DNA of 42,436 bases from Brachybacterium sp. (GTDB taxonomy: Bacteria; Actinomycetota; Actinomycetes; Actinomycetales; Dermabacteraceae), in NCBI GenBank assembly GCA_030538435.1, contig JAUNUA010000001.1, positions 1 to 42,436 of the forward strand, read 5' to 3'. The notes beneath the pieces are model-generated. The model was given only the letters and a program-made list of their open reading frames with translations, did no database searches and was not told where the DNA came from. A program made the position numbers and the translations under genes. Positions 17,531-27,142 of this stretch are shown here, one piece after another. Every line of letters begins with the position of its first letter. Positions within the stretch are counted from its first letter, which is position 1.

Positions 17531-18669
17531 CCGACGACCGCCACCCGGACGTCACCGACCCCACCCCCGCCGCCCCCTGCGGCGACTGGGACCCGCTGGC
17601 CGCGGGCCGCAGCGCGGAGGACCCACCCCTGGACGTGCTGCTGTCCGGCACCGTCTTCTTCGACATCGTGTTCACCGGCCTGGAACGCATGCCCCACCCG
17701 GGGGAGGAGCTCTGGTCCAAGGGCATGGGGTCCAGCCCCGGCGGCATCGCCAACCTCGCCACCGCTGCCGCCCGTCTCGGGCTGCGCACGGGCCTGGTCG
17801 CCGGGTTCGGGGACGACGCCTACGCCGACTGGATGTGGCACACCATGAGCGAGGAGGAGGGCATCGACCTCAGCGCCTCGCGCCGCTTCCCCGCCTTCCA
17901 CTCCCCGCTGACCGTGTCCATCGCCGCCCATGGCGACCGGGCCATGGTCACCCACGGCCACGAATTGCCCGAACCGCTGTCGAGCCTGATCGCGAAAGCT
18001 CCCAGGGCCCGCGCCGCCGTGGTCGACCTCGCGGGAGAGACCAGCTGGTGGGCCGAGCTCGCCCAGGGCGGTTCGAAGATCTTCGCCGACATCGGCTTCG
18101 ACGAGACCGGCCGCTGGGACCCCGCGGACCTCGCCCCCCTGACCCACTGCCACGCCTTCACCCCCAACGCCGTGGAGGCGATGGCCTACACCCGCACCGA
18201 GACTCCCGACCGGGCCGTGCGAGCCCTGGCCGAGAAGGTACCGCTGGCCGTGGTCACCGACGGCGAGTCCGGCTCCTACGCGGTGGACGGAGCCACCGGC
18301 GAGGAGGCCTACTGTCCAGCGGTTCCCGTCACCGCGATGGACACCACCGGCGCCGGGGACGTGTTCGCCGCTGCCATGGTGCTGGGGACGCTCGCAACCT
18401 GGCCGCTCGTGGAGCGCCTGAAGTTCGCGTCCCTGTGCTCCGCGTTGGCGGTCCAGCAGTTCGGCGGGTCGCTCGCCGCCCCCGGCTGGGGGGACATCAC
18501 CGACTGGTGGCGGTCACTGAGCGCCGCCGCGGACGGCGGGGACCTGCGCGCCGCCTTCACCCGCGACGGGTACTGCTTCCTGGACGACGTGGTCCCCACC
18601 CACCGGGTGATGGGCCGACGACGCGCCCAGGGCACCTTCGCGCTCGGCTCCGACGCCGGGGAGCACTGA
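17527..18669 (+). CDS. PfkB family carbohydrate kinase
   Basis: PGGIANLATAAARLG, PNAVEA, and anion-hole motif DTTGAGDVF. Confidence 0.9.
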   Translation: MTDDRHPDVTDPTPAAPCGDWDPLAAGRSAEDPPLDVLLSGTVFFDIVFTGLERMPHPGEELWSKGMGSSPGGIANLATAAARLGLRTGLVAGFGDDAYADWMWHTMSEEEGIDLSASRRFPAFHSPLTVSIAAHGDRAMVTHGHELPEPLSSLIAKAPRARAAVVDLAGETSWWAELAQGGSKIFADIGFDETGRWDPADLAPLTHCHAFTPNAVEAMAYTRTETPDRAVRALAEKVPLAVVTDGESGSYAVDGATGEEAYCPAVPVTAMDTTGAGDVFAAAMVLGTLATWPLVERLKFASLCSALAVQQFGGSLAAPGWGDITDWWRSLSAAADGGDLRAAFTRDGYCFLDDVVPTHRVMGRRRAQGTFALGSDAGEH

Positions 18670-18676
18670 ACGGCCC

Positions 18677-19429
18677 CTACTCCACCAACGTCACCTCGAA
18701 GGAGTAACGAGAGGCGCGGTACAAGTGATGACCGTGCTCGATCACAGTGCCGTCGTTGCCGAACACCTTGCGGTCCATCGTCAACAGCGCTGCACCCTCC
18801 GGTTCGCCCAGCAACTCGGCGTGCTCGGCGTCGGCGACGGTCGCCCCGATCCGCTCGTGGGCGACAGCCATCCGCACCCCCTGCTCGCGCAGGGAGGCGT
18901 AGAGGCCCTGGGTCTGCAGACGCTCGCGGGTGGGGGCTATCCGTTCCGGCAGCGTGTTGCGCATGACCGCCAGTGGCTCAGTGCCCGAGAACCGCACCCG
19001 CAGCACCTCGCACACCAGCTCCCCAGGCCCCAGCAGCAGACGCCCGGCCGCCTCGTCCCCGGGTCGACCCACCCGGTAGTCCAGCACCTCGGTGCGCGGG
19101 CGCATCCCCGCCCGCTCCAGGTCGTCGTACAGCGAGGTCAGCGCCACCTGACGACTCACCGGGGATTCCACCACCTGGGTGCCCACCCCGCGCCGACGCA
19201 CCAGCATGCCCTTATCGACCAACTCCTGGATGCCCTGGCGGACCGTCGGTCGGGACAGGCCCAGCCGACCCGCGAGCGCCAGTTCGTTCTCCAGACGGTT
19301 CCCCGGGGTGAGCACGCCCTCGGAGATCGCCGCTTCGATGCCGCGGGCGAGCTGCAGGTAGAGCGGGGTCGGCGCTCCCCGGTCGATCTCGACAGGCACC
19401 ATGACCGGTGCGGAAGGCGGAGCGCTCAC
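18677..19429 (-). CDS. iolR: GntR (HutC/UTRA) family regulator, IolR-like
   Basis: PLYLQL, LENELALAGRLGLSRPTVRQ, RRRGVGT, LTSLYDDL and a UTRA domain. Coupled to iolG (GTGA). Confidence 0.85.
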   Translation of the reverse strand: MSAPPSAPVMVPVEIDRGAPTPLYLQLARGIEAAISEGVLTPGNRLENELALAGRLGLSRPTVRQGIQELVDKGMLVRRRGVGTQVVESPVSRQVALTSLYDDLERAGMRPRTEVLDYRVGRPGDEAAGRLLLGPGELVCEVLRVRFSGTEPLAVMRNTLPERIAPTRERLQTQGLYASLREQGVRMAVAHERIGATVADAEHAELLGEPEGAALLTMDRKVFGNDGTVIEHGHHLYRASRYSFEVTLVE

Positions 19430-20463
19430 GGCCGCTCCCGCACGTCGACCGGCACGAACCCGTCCGCAGCGAGCGCCCCCTCCGCCGCGTCGCACACCGC
19501 GGCGGCGAGATAGCCGTCCCAGGCGGTCGCCGAGCGGGCGTGGACCCGTGCGCCCTCGCGCACCGCATCCACCCATGCCTGCACCTCCGCGTCGTAGGCG
19601 GCGGCGAACCGCGGCCGGTAGTCCGGCGGGATGGAACCGCCCCACTGTCCCCCTGCGGTGTGCGCGGTGATGCGGCCGATCTCCAGGCCGATGGTCGCGA
19701 TGCCCTCGGAGCCCACCACCTCGGTGCGCACCTCGTAGCCGGAGGCGGTGTTCACGTACAGCTCGTCGGTGACGATCCGCCCCGAGGCGGTGCGGAAGAG
19801 GAACAGCATGGGATCGTGCTGCTCCGGCTCGGCGCGGGGACCGGGCAGGGGCTTGATGACCTGCACGGCGGTGATGGGTTCCTCGAGGAAGTAGTGGATC
19901 GCATCGATCTCGTGCACCGCGGAGTCGTAGATCATCATCGTGTCCACGAAGCCGGGCCTGGTGGAAGCGTTGCGGTGCTTGCAGTTGATGATGCTGATCT
20001 GCCCGAGTTCCCCGGTCCCGATCGCGTCCTTCAGCTCCGCGTACTCGGTCTCGAAGCGGCGCATGAACCCGACCGAGACCCAGTGCTCACCGGAGGCGCG
20101 CTCCGCCTCGACCACGGCGTAGGCGTCCTCGGGGCTCATCGCCAAGGGCTTCTCGCACAGCACGGGCTTGCGCGCGTCGATGCAGGCGATCGCCTGGTCC
20201 TGATGGAACGTGCCGGGACTGGCGATGAGCACGGCGTCGACGTCCTCCGCGGCGATCAGCTCCTCCGCGGTGTCCACCACCCGGCAGCCGGGAACTTGTG
20301 CAGCCAGCTCCTCGGCCTTGTCTCGCAGGAAGTCGGTGACGACGCTGACGCGGGCGCCCTTGGTGCGGCGGGCGATGCGGTGGACGTGGTCGGCGCCCAT
20401 GATGCCCACGCCGATCACGCCGATGCGCAGCTCGGCGGGGAGGGTCGGGTCGGTGACGTGCAT
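19426..20463 (-). CDS. iolG: myo-inositol 2-dehydrogenase (Gfo/Idh/MocA)
   Basis: GVIGVGIMGADH, CEKPL, VGFMRRF, HRN, DSAVHEID, TAWDGY; lies in the iol cluster. Confidence 0.85.
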   Translation of the reverse strand: MHVTDPTLPAELRIGVIGVGIMGADHVHRIARRTKGARVSVVTDFLRDKAEELAAQVPGCRVVDTAEELIAAEDVDAVLIASPGTFHQDQAIACIDARKPVLCEKPLAMSPEDAYAVVEAERASGEHWVSVGFMRRFETEYAELKDAIGTGELGQISIINCKHRNASTRPGFVDTMMIYDSAVHEIDAIHYFLEEPITAVQVIKPLPGPRAEPEQHDPMLFLFRTASGRIVTDELYVNTASGYEVRTEVVGSEGIATIGLEIGRITAHTAGGQWGGSIPPDYRPRFAAAYDAEVQAWVDAVREGARVHARSATAWDGYLAAAVCDAAEGALAADGFVPVDVRERP

Positions 20464-20492
20464 GTCGGGCCTTTCTCGACGACGGAGGGCGG

Positions 20493-21407
20493 TCAGGCGA
20501 GGCGCGGGTCGGGCCCGGCCTCATCCCAGGTGCCGCGCACCCAGGTCTGATCGGGGTGGTCGGTGATGTTCCAGGCTCGTGCGGCGGCGGGGCCGGCCAT
20601 CACGTTCAGGTAGTACATGTCGTGCCCGGGCGCGGCGGCGCACGGACCGTGCCAGCCGTGGGGGACCAGGACCGCGTCCCTGGCGCGGACCTCGCTGAGG
20701 ACGTCGATCGGCCTGTCCGGGGCGCTGGCGGTGGTCTGGTGGTAGCCGAAGCCGGGGGCGCCGGTGGGGGAGGGGGCGATCTCGTAGTAGTAGATCTCCT
20801 CGAGCTCCGATTCCGGATGCTCGGCATCCTCGATGTGCTCGTCGTGCTTATGGGCGGGGTAGCTGGACCAGTTGCCGCCCGGGGTGATCACCTCGCAGGC
20901 GATCAGGGAGTCGCAGGCGTCGAAGGAGCCGACGCTCCCGAAGTTCCGGACCTGCCGGGTCATCTGCCCACCACCGCGCACTTCAACGGGCACGTCCTCG
21001 GCGCGGATCAGCGCCACGGGGAACGCTTCGGTGGCGAGCGCTGTGGCGAGTGCGAACCGTCCGCCGTGGGTGCTGCGGATCCGCAGCTCGGAGCCGACCG
21101 GGGCGTACAGCACGTCGGTGGGTCCGGCGAACACGTCGGTCCGGCCCCGCAGGGTGTAGGAGCCGGCGCCGTCGAGGTCGATACCCGCGGTGCCCTCCAC
21201 GGAGACCTCGCAGCCGCCGCTGAGGGGCACCACCATCACCTCGGTATTCTCAGCGCGCCACGTCTCCTCCTCGCCGGGGCCGAGGGCGAGCACCCGCAGC
21301 CCGGTGTACGTCCACCCCTCCCGTCGTGCGGGGTCGATCACGGTGTCGAAGGGGCCGTCGGCGGTGGAGCCGGCACGCAGGTGGAACTCGTCGGCAGAAG
21401 CATTCAT
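20493..21407 (-). CDS. iolB: 5-deoxy-glucuronate isomerase
   Basis: EVITPGGNWSSYPAHKHD, LEEIYYY, VPHGWHGP, YYLNVMAGP. Confidence 0.93.
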   Translation of the reverse strand: MNASADEFHLRAGSTADGPFDTVIDPARREGWTYTGLRVLALGPGEEETWRAENTEVMVVPLSGGCEVSVEGTAGIDLDGAGSYTLRGRTDVFAGPTDVLYAPVGSELRIRSTHGGRFALATALATEAFPVALIRAEDVPVEVRGGGQMTRQVRNFGSVGSFDACDSLIACEVITPGGNWSSYPAHKHDEHIEDAEHPESELEEIYYYEIAPSPTGAPGFGYHQTTASAPDRPIDVLSEVRARDAVLVPHGWHGPCAAAPGHDMYYLNVMAGPAAARAWNITDHPDQTWVRGTWDEAGPDPRLA

Positions 21408-21420
21408 CGGGCTGCTCTCC

Positions 21421-22314
21421 TCAGCGGATCATGTCGACGGCGGCGGTGACCGCCGCCGTGACGTCGTCGTGGGGCGGGTACAGCAGGGTGCGGCCCACCA
21501 CCAGGCCGCGGACGTTCGGTCGTGCCAAGGCGTCCTGCCACGAGGCGCGCACCCGGTCCGGATCCTGGCCGACGGGATCGCCGCCGAGGATCACGGTGGG
21601 CAGGGTGGTGGCGTCCATGACCCGCGCCATGTCCGCAACGGCAGGGAGTTTCAGCCAGGTGGAGGCGCTGGTGGCTCCGAGGCCTTGGGCGATGTGGATG
21701 GAGCGGATCACGGCCTCGGGCGACAGGTCGTTCACCAGGGGTGTTCCCGGGCCACCGGGGCGGGAGGAGAGGAACGGCTCCACCATGGCGATCAGCTCAT
21801 GCCGGGCGAGGTCGGTCACGGCGCGCGCACTGGCCTCGAGGGTCGCGGCGGTGCGGTCGTCATCGAGGTCGATCCGGGTGAGCATCTTCCCACCGTCGAA
21901 GCCGGCCGCGGCGATGGAGGTGGCGTCGTAGCCGGTGAAGCGGTCATCGATCTCGAAGGAGGCGCCCTGCAGGCCACCGCGGTTCATCGAGGCGATGACC
22001 ACGCGGTCCTCCAGGGCGCCGAGCAGCAGCAGATCCTCCAGGACATCGGCGGTGCCGAGCACTCCGTCGACTCCCGGCACGGTGAGTGCTTCGCGGAGCC
22101 GGTCGAGCATGTCGGTGCGGCTGGCCATCGCGTCGGGACGTCCTCCCGCGCCGAGCGCCCCGCGGGCGGGGTGGTCAGCGGCGATCAGCAGCAGGGAGCC
22201 GCCGGTGTCGGCGATGCGCCGGCGGCGTCGGGCCCCGCGCAGGCGGGTGATCCGTCCCGGGTCCTCGACGCGGATCCGGGTGAGGTCCTCGTAGGAGACG
22301 GCGAACTCGCTCAT
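21421..22314 (-). CDS. class I (DeoC/LacD-like) TIM-barrel aldolase, probable 2-keto-5-deoxygluconate-6-P aldolase
   Basis: AADHPARG, SMNRGGL, DGGKML, MVEPF, WLKLP (Schiff-base Lys), VVGRTLLYP. Lies between iolC and iolB. Confidence 0.8.
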   Translation of the reverse strand: MSEFAVSYEDLTRIRVEDPGRITRLRGARRRRRIADTGGSLLLIAADHPARGALGAGGRPDAMASRTDMLDRLREALTVPGVDGVLGTADVLEDLLLLGALEDRVVIASMNRGGLQGASFEIDDRFTGYDATSIAAAGFDGGKMLTRIDLDDDRTAATLEASARAVTDLARHELIAMVEPFLSSRPGGPGTPLVNDLSPEAVIRSIHIAQGLGATSASTWLKLPAVADMARVMDATTLPTVILGGDPVGQDPDRVRASWQDALARPNVRGLVVGRTLLYPPHDDVTAAVTAAVDMIR

Positions 22315-23345
22315 CGTCCGTCCTGGTCGTCCCCGCCGACGACGCCGCGGTTCCGCAGAGCCGTCAGCATCTCCTGGACGGTCTGCCCGTGGTTGGGGTC
22401 CCCACCGGCGATCAGCAGGTCGATCTCCTCGGGCGTGGGCATGGCCGTGGAGCACTCCAGGCGGCTGGTGACGATCGCCCCGGCGGCGTTGCAGCGCGTC
22501 AGGAGGGTCTCGAGGTTCTGCTCGGTCAGGAGCCCGTGGCACAGGGAGCCGCCGAAACTGTCGCCGGCGCCGAGTCCGTTGATCACCTGTATCGCGGTGG
22601 GCGCCACCACCACGTGCTCCGTGGCGGTCTTGCCGAGCACTCCCTTGGGGCCCTGCTTGACGATCGCGATCTCCACCCCCGCCTCCAGCAGAGCATCGGC
22701 GGCGCGCTCGGGCTCGCTCTCGCCGACCGCCACCTCGCACTCCTCGCGGTTGCCGACGGCGACGGTCGCAAAGCGCAGCGCCTCGCGGTACTGCTCGCGA
22801 GCCGCCTCGGCGGATTCCCAGAACATCGGCCGATAGTCGAGGTCGAACACCGTGTGGACGGTGCGTCCGCGGGCTTCCAGTGCGGCGAGGTGCGCGGAGC
22901 GGCTGGGCTCCTCGGAAAGTCCGGTTCCGGAGAACCAGAACAGAGGGACCTCCCGGAGCGCATCGAGGTCGAGGTGCTCCGGTCTCACCTGCAGGTCCGG
23001 GGCGCTGGGGCGGCGGTAGAAGTACAGCGGGAAGTCGTCCGGGGGGAAGATCTCGCACAGGGTGATCGGGGTGTTCAGATCCGGGTCCTCGACGACGAAT
23101 CTGCTGGAGACGCCGAGCCGCTCCATCTCCTGCACGACGTAGCGGCCGAACGGGTCGTCACCAACGCCGGTGATCACGGCGGCAGAGCGACCCAGCCGAG
23201 CAGCGGCGACCGCGACGTTGGTGGGGCTGCCGCCCAAAAATTTCCCGAAGCTGGTGATGTCCTCCAGGCCCTTGTTGATCTCCAGCGGGTAGATGTCCAC
23301 GCCGCTGCGCCCGAAGGTGATGATGTCGAGGTCAGGTGCTGCCAT
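22311..23345 (-). CDS. iolC: 5-dehydro-2-deoxygluconokinase
   Basis: GRSGVDIYP, GGSPTNVAVAAARLG, EIFPPDDFPLYFYR, DLDYRP, NGLGAGDSF. Confidence 0.93.
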   Translation of the reverse strand: MAAPDLDIITFGRSGVDIYPLEINKGLEDITSFGKFLGGSPTNVAVAAARLGRSAAVITGVGDDPFGRYVVQEMERLGVSSRFVVEDPDLNTPITLCEIFPPDDFPLYFYRRPSAPDLQVRPEHLDLDALREVPLFWFSGTGLSEEPSRSAHLAALEARGRTVHTVFDLDYRPMFWESAEAAREQYREALRFATVAVGNREECEVAVGESEPERAADALLEAGVEIAIVKQGPKGVLGKTATEHVVVAPTAIQVINGLGAGDSFGGSLCHGLLTEQNLETLLTRCNAAGAIVTSRLECSTAMPTPEEIDLLIAGGDPNHGQTVQEMLTALRNRGVVGGDDQDGR

Positions 23346-23429
23346 GGGTCCGGATGCCTCCTCGCGTCGAGATCCCCGCCGGCCGCACAGGCCGTCGACT
23401 GCGACCCATGCTTCCACGACCCCCGAGGC

Positions 23430-23441
23430 TTGTCCAGACAA
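23430..23441. promoter_or_regulatory. putative IolR (GntR) operator 1
   Basis: TTGTC-CA-GACAA palindrome in the iolC/iolD divergent region. Confidence 0.65.
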
Positions 23442-23506
23442 AGTACCCCGATTGCCGGGGAGCAGTGTTCCATCCCCGGGTTCCGGGGGCGGATGATGGT
23501 GCCTAA

Positions 23507-23550
23507 TGTCCGGACAATCATTGACAGCGGCGTGCCCTCCTCGGCATGCT
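23507..23550 (+). promoter_or_regulatory. putative IolR operator 2 and iolD promoter
   Basis: TGTCCGGACA perfect palindrome (23507-23516), then -35 TTGACA (23521-23526), an 18-nt spacer and -10 CATGCT (23545-23550). Confidence 0.65.
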
Positions 23551-23628
23551 GAAGCCACGGCGGGACGTGCTGCGCGGCCAGCGACCTGCCCCGCCCTCGA
23601 CGCCGAGTGGCCCGCAGATGGAGAAGCC

Positions 23629-25542
23629 ATGCCCCAGCACCCCGGCACCGACGACGCCACCACCATCCGCCTCACCGTCGGACAGGCCCTGGTGCGCTTC
23701 CTCGCTGCCCAGTACTCCGAGCGAGACGGGCAGAGGCACCGTCTGATCCCCGCCACCTTCGGCATCTTCGGCCACGGCAACGTCGCCGGACTCGGCCAGG
23801 CACTGCTGCAGAACGCCGTCGATCCCGCCGACGGCGAGGGCACCATGCCCTTCCACCAGGCGCGCAACGAGCAGAACATGGTGCACACCGCCGTCGGCTA
23901 CGCCCGCACCGTCCACCGTCTGCAGACCCTCGCCTGCACCGCCTCCATCGGCCCCGGCTCCACCAACATGATCACCGGCGCGGCACTCGCGACCGTGGAC
24001 CGGATCCCCGTGCTGCTCCTGCCGAGCGACATCTTCGCCACCCGCACCGTGGACCCCGTGCTGCAGCAGCTGGAGGACGAGACCGCCGGGGACATCTCCG
24101 TCAACGACGCATTCCGGCCCGTCTCCCGCTACTTCGACCGCATCACCCGCCCCGAGCAGCTGATCCCCGCCGCCCTGCAGGCCATGCGGGTCCTCACCGA
24201 CCCCGCCGAGACCGGCGCGGTCACCCTGTCCCTCCCCCAGGACGTGCAGGCCGAGGCCCACGACTGGCCCATCGACTTCTTCCGCGAGCGCACCTGGCAC
24301 ATCGGGCGGCCCGTCCCCGAGCCCGCCGCTCTCGAGCGGGCCGCCGCCGTGATCCGGTCCGCGAGGAAACCGGTCCTGATCGCCGGCGGCGGCACCATCT
24401 ACTCCGAGGCGAGCGCAGCGCTGGGCGCCTTCACCGACGCCACCGGCATCCCCGTGCTGGACACCCAGGCCGGCAAGGGTGCCCTCAGCGCCGACCATCC
24501 GCTCTGCATCGGCGGGGTGGGCTCCACCGGCACCAGCGCCGCCAACGCCCTGGCCGCGGAGGCCGACGTGATCATCGGCGTCGGCACCCGCTACACCGAC
24601 TTCACCACCGCCTCCCACACCGCCTTCCGCAATCCCGCGGCGCGGTTCGTGAACCTCAACGTCAAGTCCTTCGACGCCGCCAAGCACGCCGCGACCATGC
24701 TCCTCGCCGACGCCCGCACCGGCCTCGAGGCCCTCACCGGGGCCCTCGAGGGCTGGACCTCACCGACCGAGCACGGCGAGCACGCCCAGCAGCTCCGCGC
24801 CGCCTGGGAGGAGCAGGTCCGGCCCTGCTTCGAGCCCCACGACCAGGACCTGCCCGCCCAGACCGAGATCTTCGGGGCCCTCAACGAGATGATGGGCACC
24901 GAGGACATCCTCATCAACGCCGCCGGATCCATGCCCGGTGACCTGCAGGCCCTGTGGCGCGCGCGTTCCCCCATCCAGTACCACCTGGAGTACGGCTACT
25001 CCTGCATGGGCTACGAACTGCCCGCCTCGCTGGGAGCGAAGATGGCGCGGCCGGACAGCGAGGTCGTCGCGATCATCGGCGACGGCACGTACCAGATGGC
25101 CCCCCAGGAGATCGCCACCCTCGTCGCCGAGCGCATCAAGGTGATCCTGGTGATCCTGCAGAACCACGGCTGGGCCTCCATCGGCGCCCTGTCCGACTCC
25201 CACGGCTCCCAGCGCTTCGCCACCCGCTACCGGATGCGCGACGAGGAGACCGGGCTGCTGGACGGGGAGACACTGCCCTTCGACATCCCCGCCAATATCC
25301 GCTCCTACGGCATCCACGCCGAGGAGGTCAGCGACACAGCCGCGTTCCGCGCGGCCTACCGACGCGCGGAGGAGGCCTCTGCGACCACCGCGATCGTCGT
25401 GAACACCGACCTCTACGGCCCCAACCCGCCCAGCAGCAGCTGGTGGGACGTGCCCGTCGCCGAGGTCTCCACTCTCGAGTCCACGCAGCAAGCCCGGACC
25501 GCCTACGAATCCGAGCGCAGCGACCAACGCCACTACCTGTGA
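23629..25542 (+). CDS. iolD: 3D-(3,5/4)-trihydroxycyclohexane-1,2-dione acylhydrolase (TPP-dependent)
   Basis: RLTVGQALVRFL, GIFGHGNVAGLG, ARNEQ, LEYGYSCMGYE, TPP-binding GDG...N motif, WWDVPVAEVS. Confidence 0.95.
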   Translation: MPQHPGTDDATTIRLTVGQALVRFLAAQYSERDGQRHRLIPATFGIFGHGNVAGLGQALLQNAVDPADGEGTMPFHQARNEQNMVHTAVGYARTVHRLQTLACTASIGPGSTNMITGAALATVDRIPVLLLPSDIFATRTVDPVLQQLEDETAGDISVNDAFRPVSRYFDRITRPEQLIPAALQAMRVLTDPAETGAVTLSLPQDVQAEAHDWPIDFFRERTWHIGRPVPEPAALERAAAVIRSARKPVLIAGGGTIYSEASAALGAFTDATGIPVLDTQAGKGALSADHPLCIGGVGSTGTSAANALAAEADVIIGVGTRYTDFTTASHTAFRNPAARFVNLNVKSFDAAKHAATMLLADARTGLEALTGALEGWTSPTEHGEHAQQLRAAWEEQVRPCFEPHDQDLPAQTEIFGALNEMMGTEDILINAAGSMPGDLQALWRARSPIQYHLEYGYSCMGYELPASLGAKMARPDSEVVAIIGDGTYQMAPQEIATLVAERIKVILVILQNHGWASIGALSDSHGSQRFATRYRMRDEETGLLDGETLPFDIPANIRSYGIHAEEVSDTAAFRAAYRRAEEASATTAIVVNTDLYGPNPPSSSWWDVPVAEVSTLESTQQARTAYESERSDQRHYL

Positions 25543-25595
25543 CCGCGCGGCGTGCCGTGCCCGCCCCGCCCGTCCGACCCCTCCTGAGGAGAACC

Positions 25596-27089
25596 ATGTA
25601 CGACGTGAAGAACTGGATCGCCGGAGCCGACGCCGACGGATCCGGTGCCACCCAGCCCCTTCTCAACCCCGCCACCGGCGGACAGGTCGGCACCCTCCAT
25701 CTGGGCGATGCCGCCACGGTCGATGATGCCGTGCGTGCCGCCGCGGAGGCGCAGCCCGCATGGGCCGCGACCTCGCTGTCCAAGCGCACCCAGATCCTCT
25801 ACCGGATGCGGCAGCTGATGGTCGAGCACACCGAGGAGATCGCCCAGCACATCACCCGCGAGCACGGCAAGACCCTCGCCGATGCGCGCGGCGAGATCGC
25901 CCGCGGCCTGGAGACCCTGGAGTTCGCCACCTCCATCACCCAGGACCTGAAGGGCGAGTTCTCCGCGAACGTGTCCTCCGGTGTGGACGCCCACACCATG
26001 CGCCAGAGCCTCGGCGTGGTCGCCGGCATCACCCCGTTCAACTTCCCCGTGATGGTGCCGTTCTGGATGCACCCGATCGCCATCGCCACCGGCAACGCCT
26101 TCATCCTCAAGCCCTCCGAGCGCGACCCCTCCGTCTCCTCGGTCGTCGCGCGCCTCTACCAGGAAGCAGGCCTCCCGGATGGTGTGTTCCAAGTGGTCCA
26201 CGGCGGCAAGGAGGTCGTCGACGCGCTGTGCACGAACGACGGGATCGCCGCGGTGTCTTTCGTCGGTTCCACCCCCATCGCCCGTCACGTCCACGACACC
26301 GCCGCCGCGAGCGGCAAACGCGTCCAGGCCCTCGGCGGGGCCAACAACCACGCCGTGGTGATGCCGGACGCGAACCTGGAGTTCGCCGCCGCCCAGATCG
26401 CAGCCGGGGCCTTCGGCTCCGCGGGCGAGCGCTGCATGGCCGTGCCCGTCGCGGTCACCGTGGGCGACGCCCACCAGCCGTTCCTGCGCGCGGTCGCCGC
26501 AGAGGCGGAGAAGCTCGTCGTCGGCCCCGGCGACGATCCCGCGACCGACATGCCGCCGCTGATCACCCCCGAGGCCCGTGAGCGCGTGATCCGCCTGACC
26601 GATGAGGCCGAGCAGGCCGGCGCCACCGTCGTCGTCGACGGGCGGGGCCTCACCGTGGAGGGCCACCCGGACGGTCACTTCGTGGGACCCGTGGTCCTCG
26701 CCGATGTCTCCCCGGATGTCGCCGCCTACCGCGACGAGGTGTTCGGCCCGCTGCTGGTGGTGATGCACGTGCCGAACTTCGAGGCCGCGCTGGACCTGGT
26801 CAACGCCTCCCGGTTCGGCAACGGCACCGCGATCTTCACCGGCTCCGGACACTACGCCCGCCGCTACCAGGAGGAGGTGCAGGTGGGCATGATCGGCATC
26901 AACGTCCCGATCCCCACTCCCGTCGGCTACTACTCCTTCGGCGGCTGGAAGGACTCCCTGTTCGGTGAGCATCACGCCCACGGGCCCGAAGCGGTGCGGT
27001 TCTACACCCGCCAGAAGGCGATCACCACCCGCTGGCCCCACCAGGACGAGCACCTGGAGAGCTCGATGAGCTTCCCCACCCACGACTGA
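25596..27089 (+). CDS. iolA: CoA-acylating methylmalonate/malonate-semialdehyde dehydrogenase
   Basis: ITPFNFP, KPSERDP, FVGSTPIA, AGERCMA, GINVPIP, SFGGWKDSLFG. Confidence 0.92.
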   Translation: MYDVKNWIAGADADGSGATQPLLNPATGGQVGTLHLGDAATVDDAVRAAAEAQPAWAATSLSKRTQILYRMRQLMVEHTEEIAQHITREHGKTLADARGEIARGLETLEFATSITQDLKGEFSANVSSGVDAHTMRQSLGVVAGITPFNFPVMVPFWMHPIAIATGNAFILKPSERDPSVSSVVARLYQEAGLPDGVFQVVHGGKEVVDALCTNDGIAAVSFVGSTPIARHVHDTAAASGKRVQALGGANNHAVVMPDANLEFAAAQIAAGAFGSAGERCMAVPVAVTVGDAHQPFLRAVAAEAEKLVVGPGDDPATDMPPLITPEARERVIRLTDEAEQAGATVVVDGRGLTVEGHPDGHFVGPVVLADVSPDVAAYRDEVFGPLLVVMHVPNFEAALDLVNASRFGNGTAIFTGSGHYARRYQEEVQVGMIGINVPIPTPVGYYSFGGWKDSLFGEHHAHGPEAVRFYTRQKAITTRWPHQDEHLESSMSFPTHD

Positions 27090-27142
27090 GCGGTCCCGCT
27101 CCGCCCGCCGCGATCGCCCCCGTCCTGCGAAGGAGACCCCCG

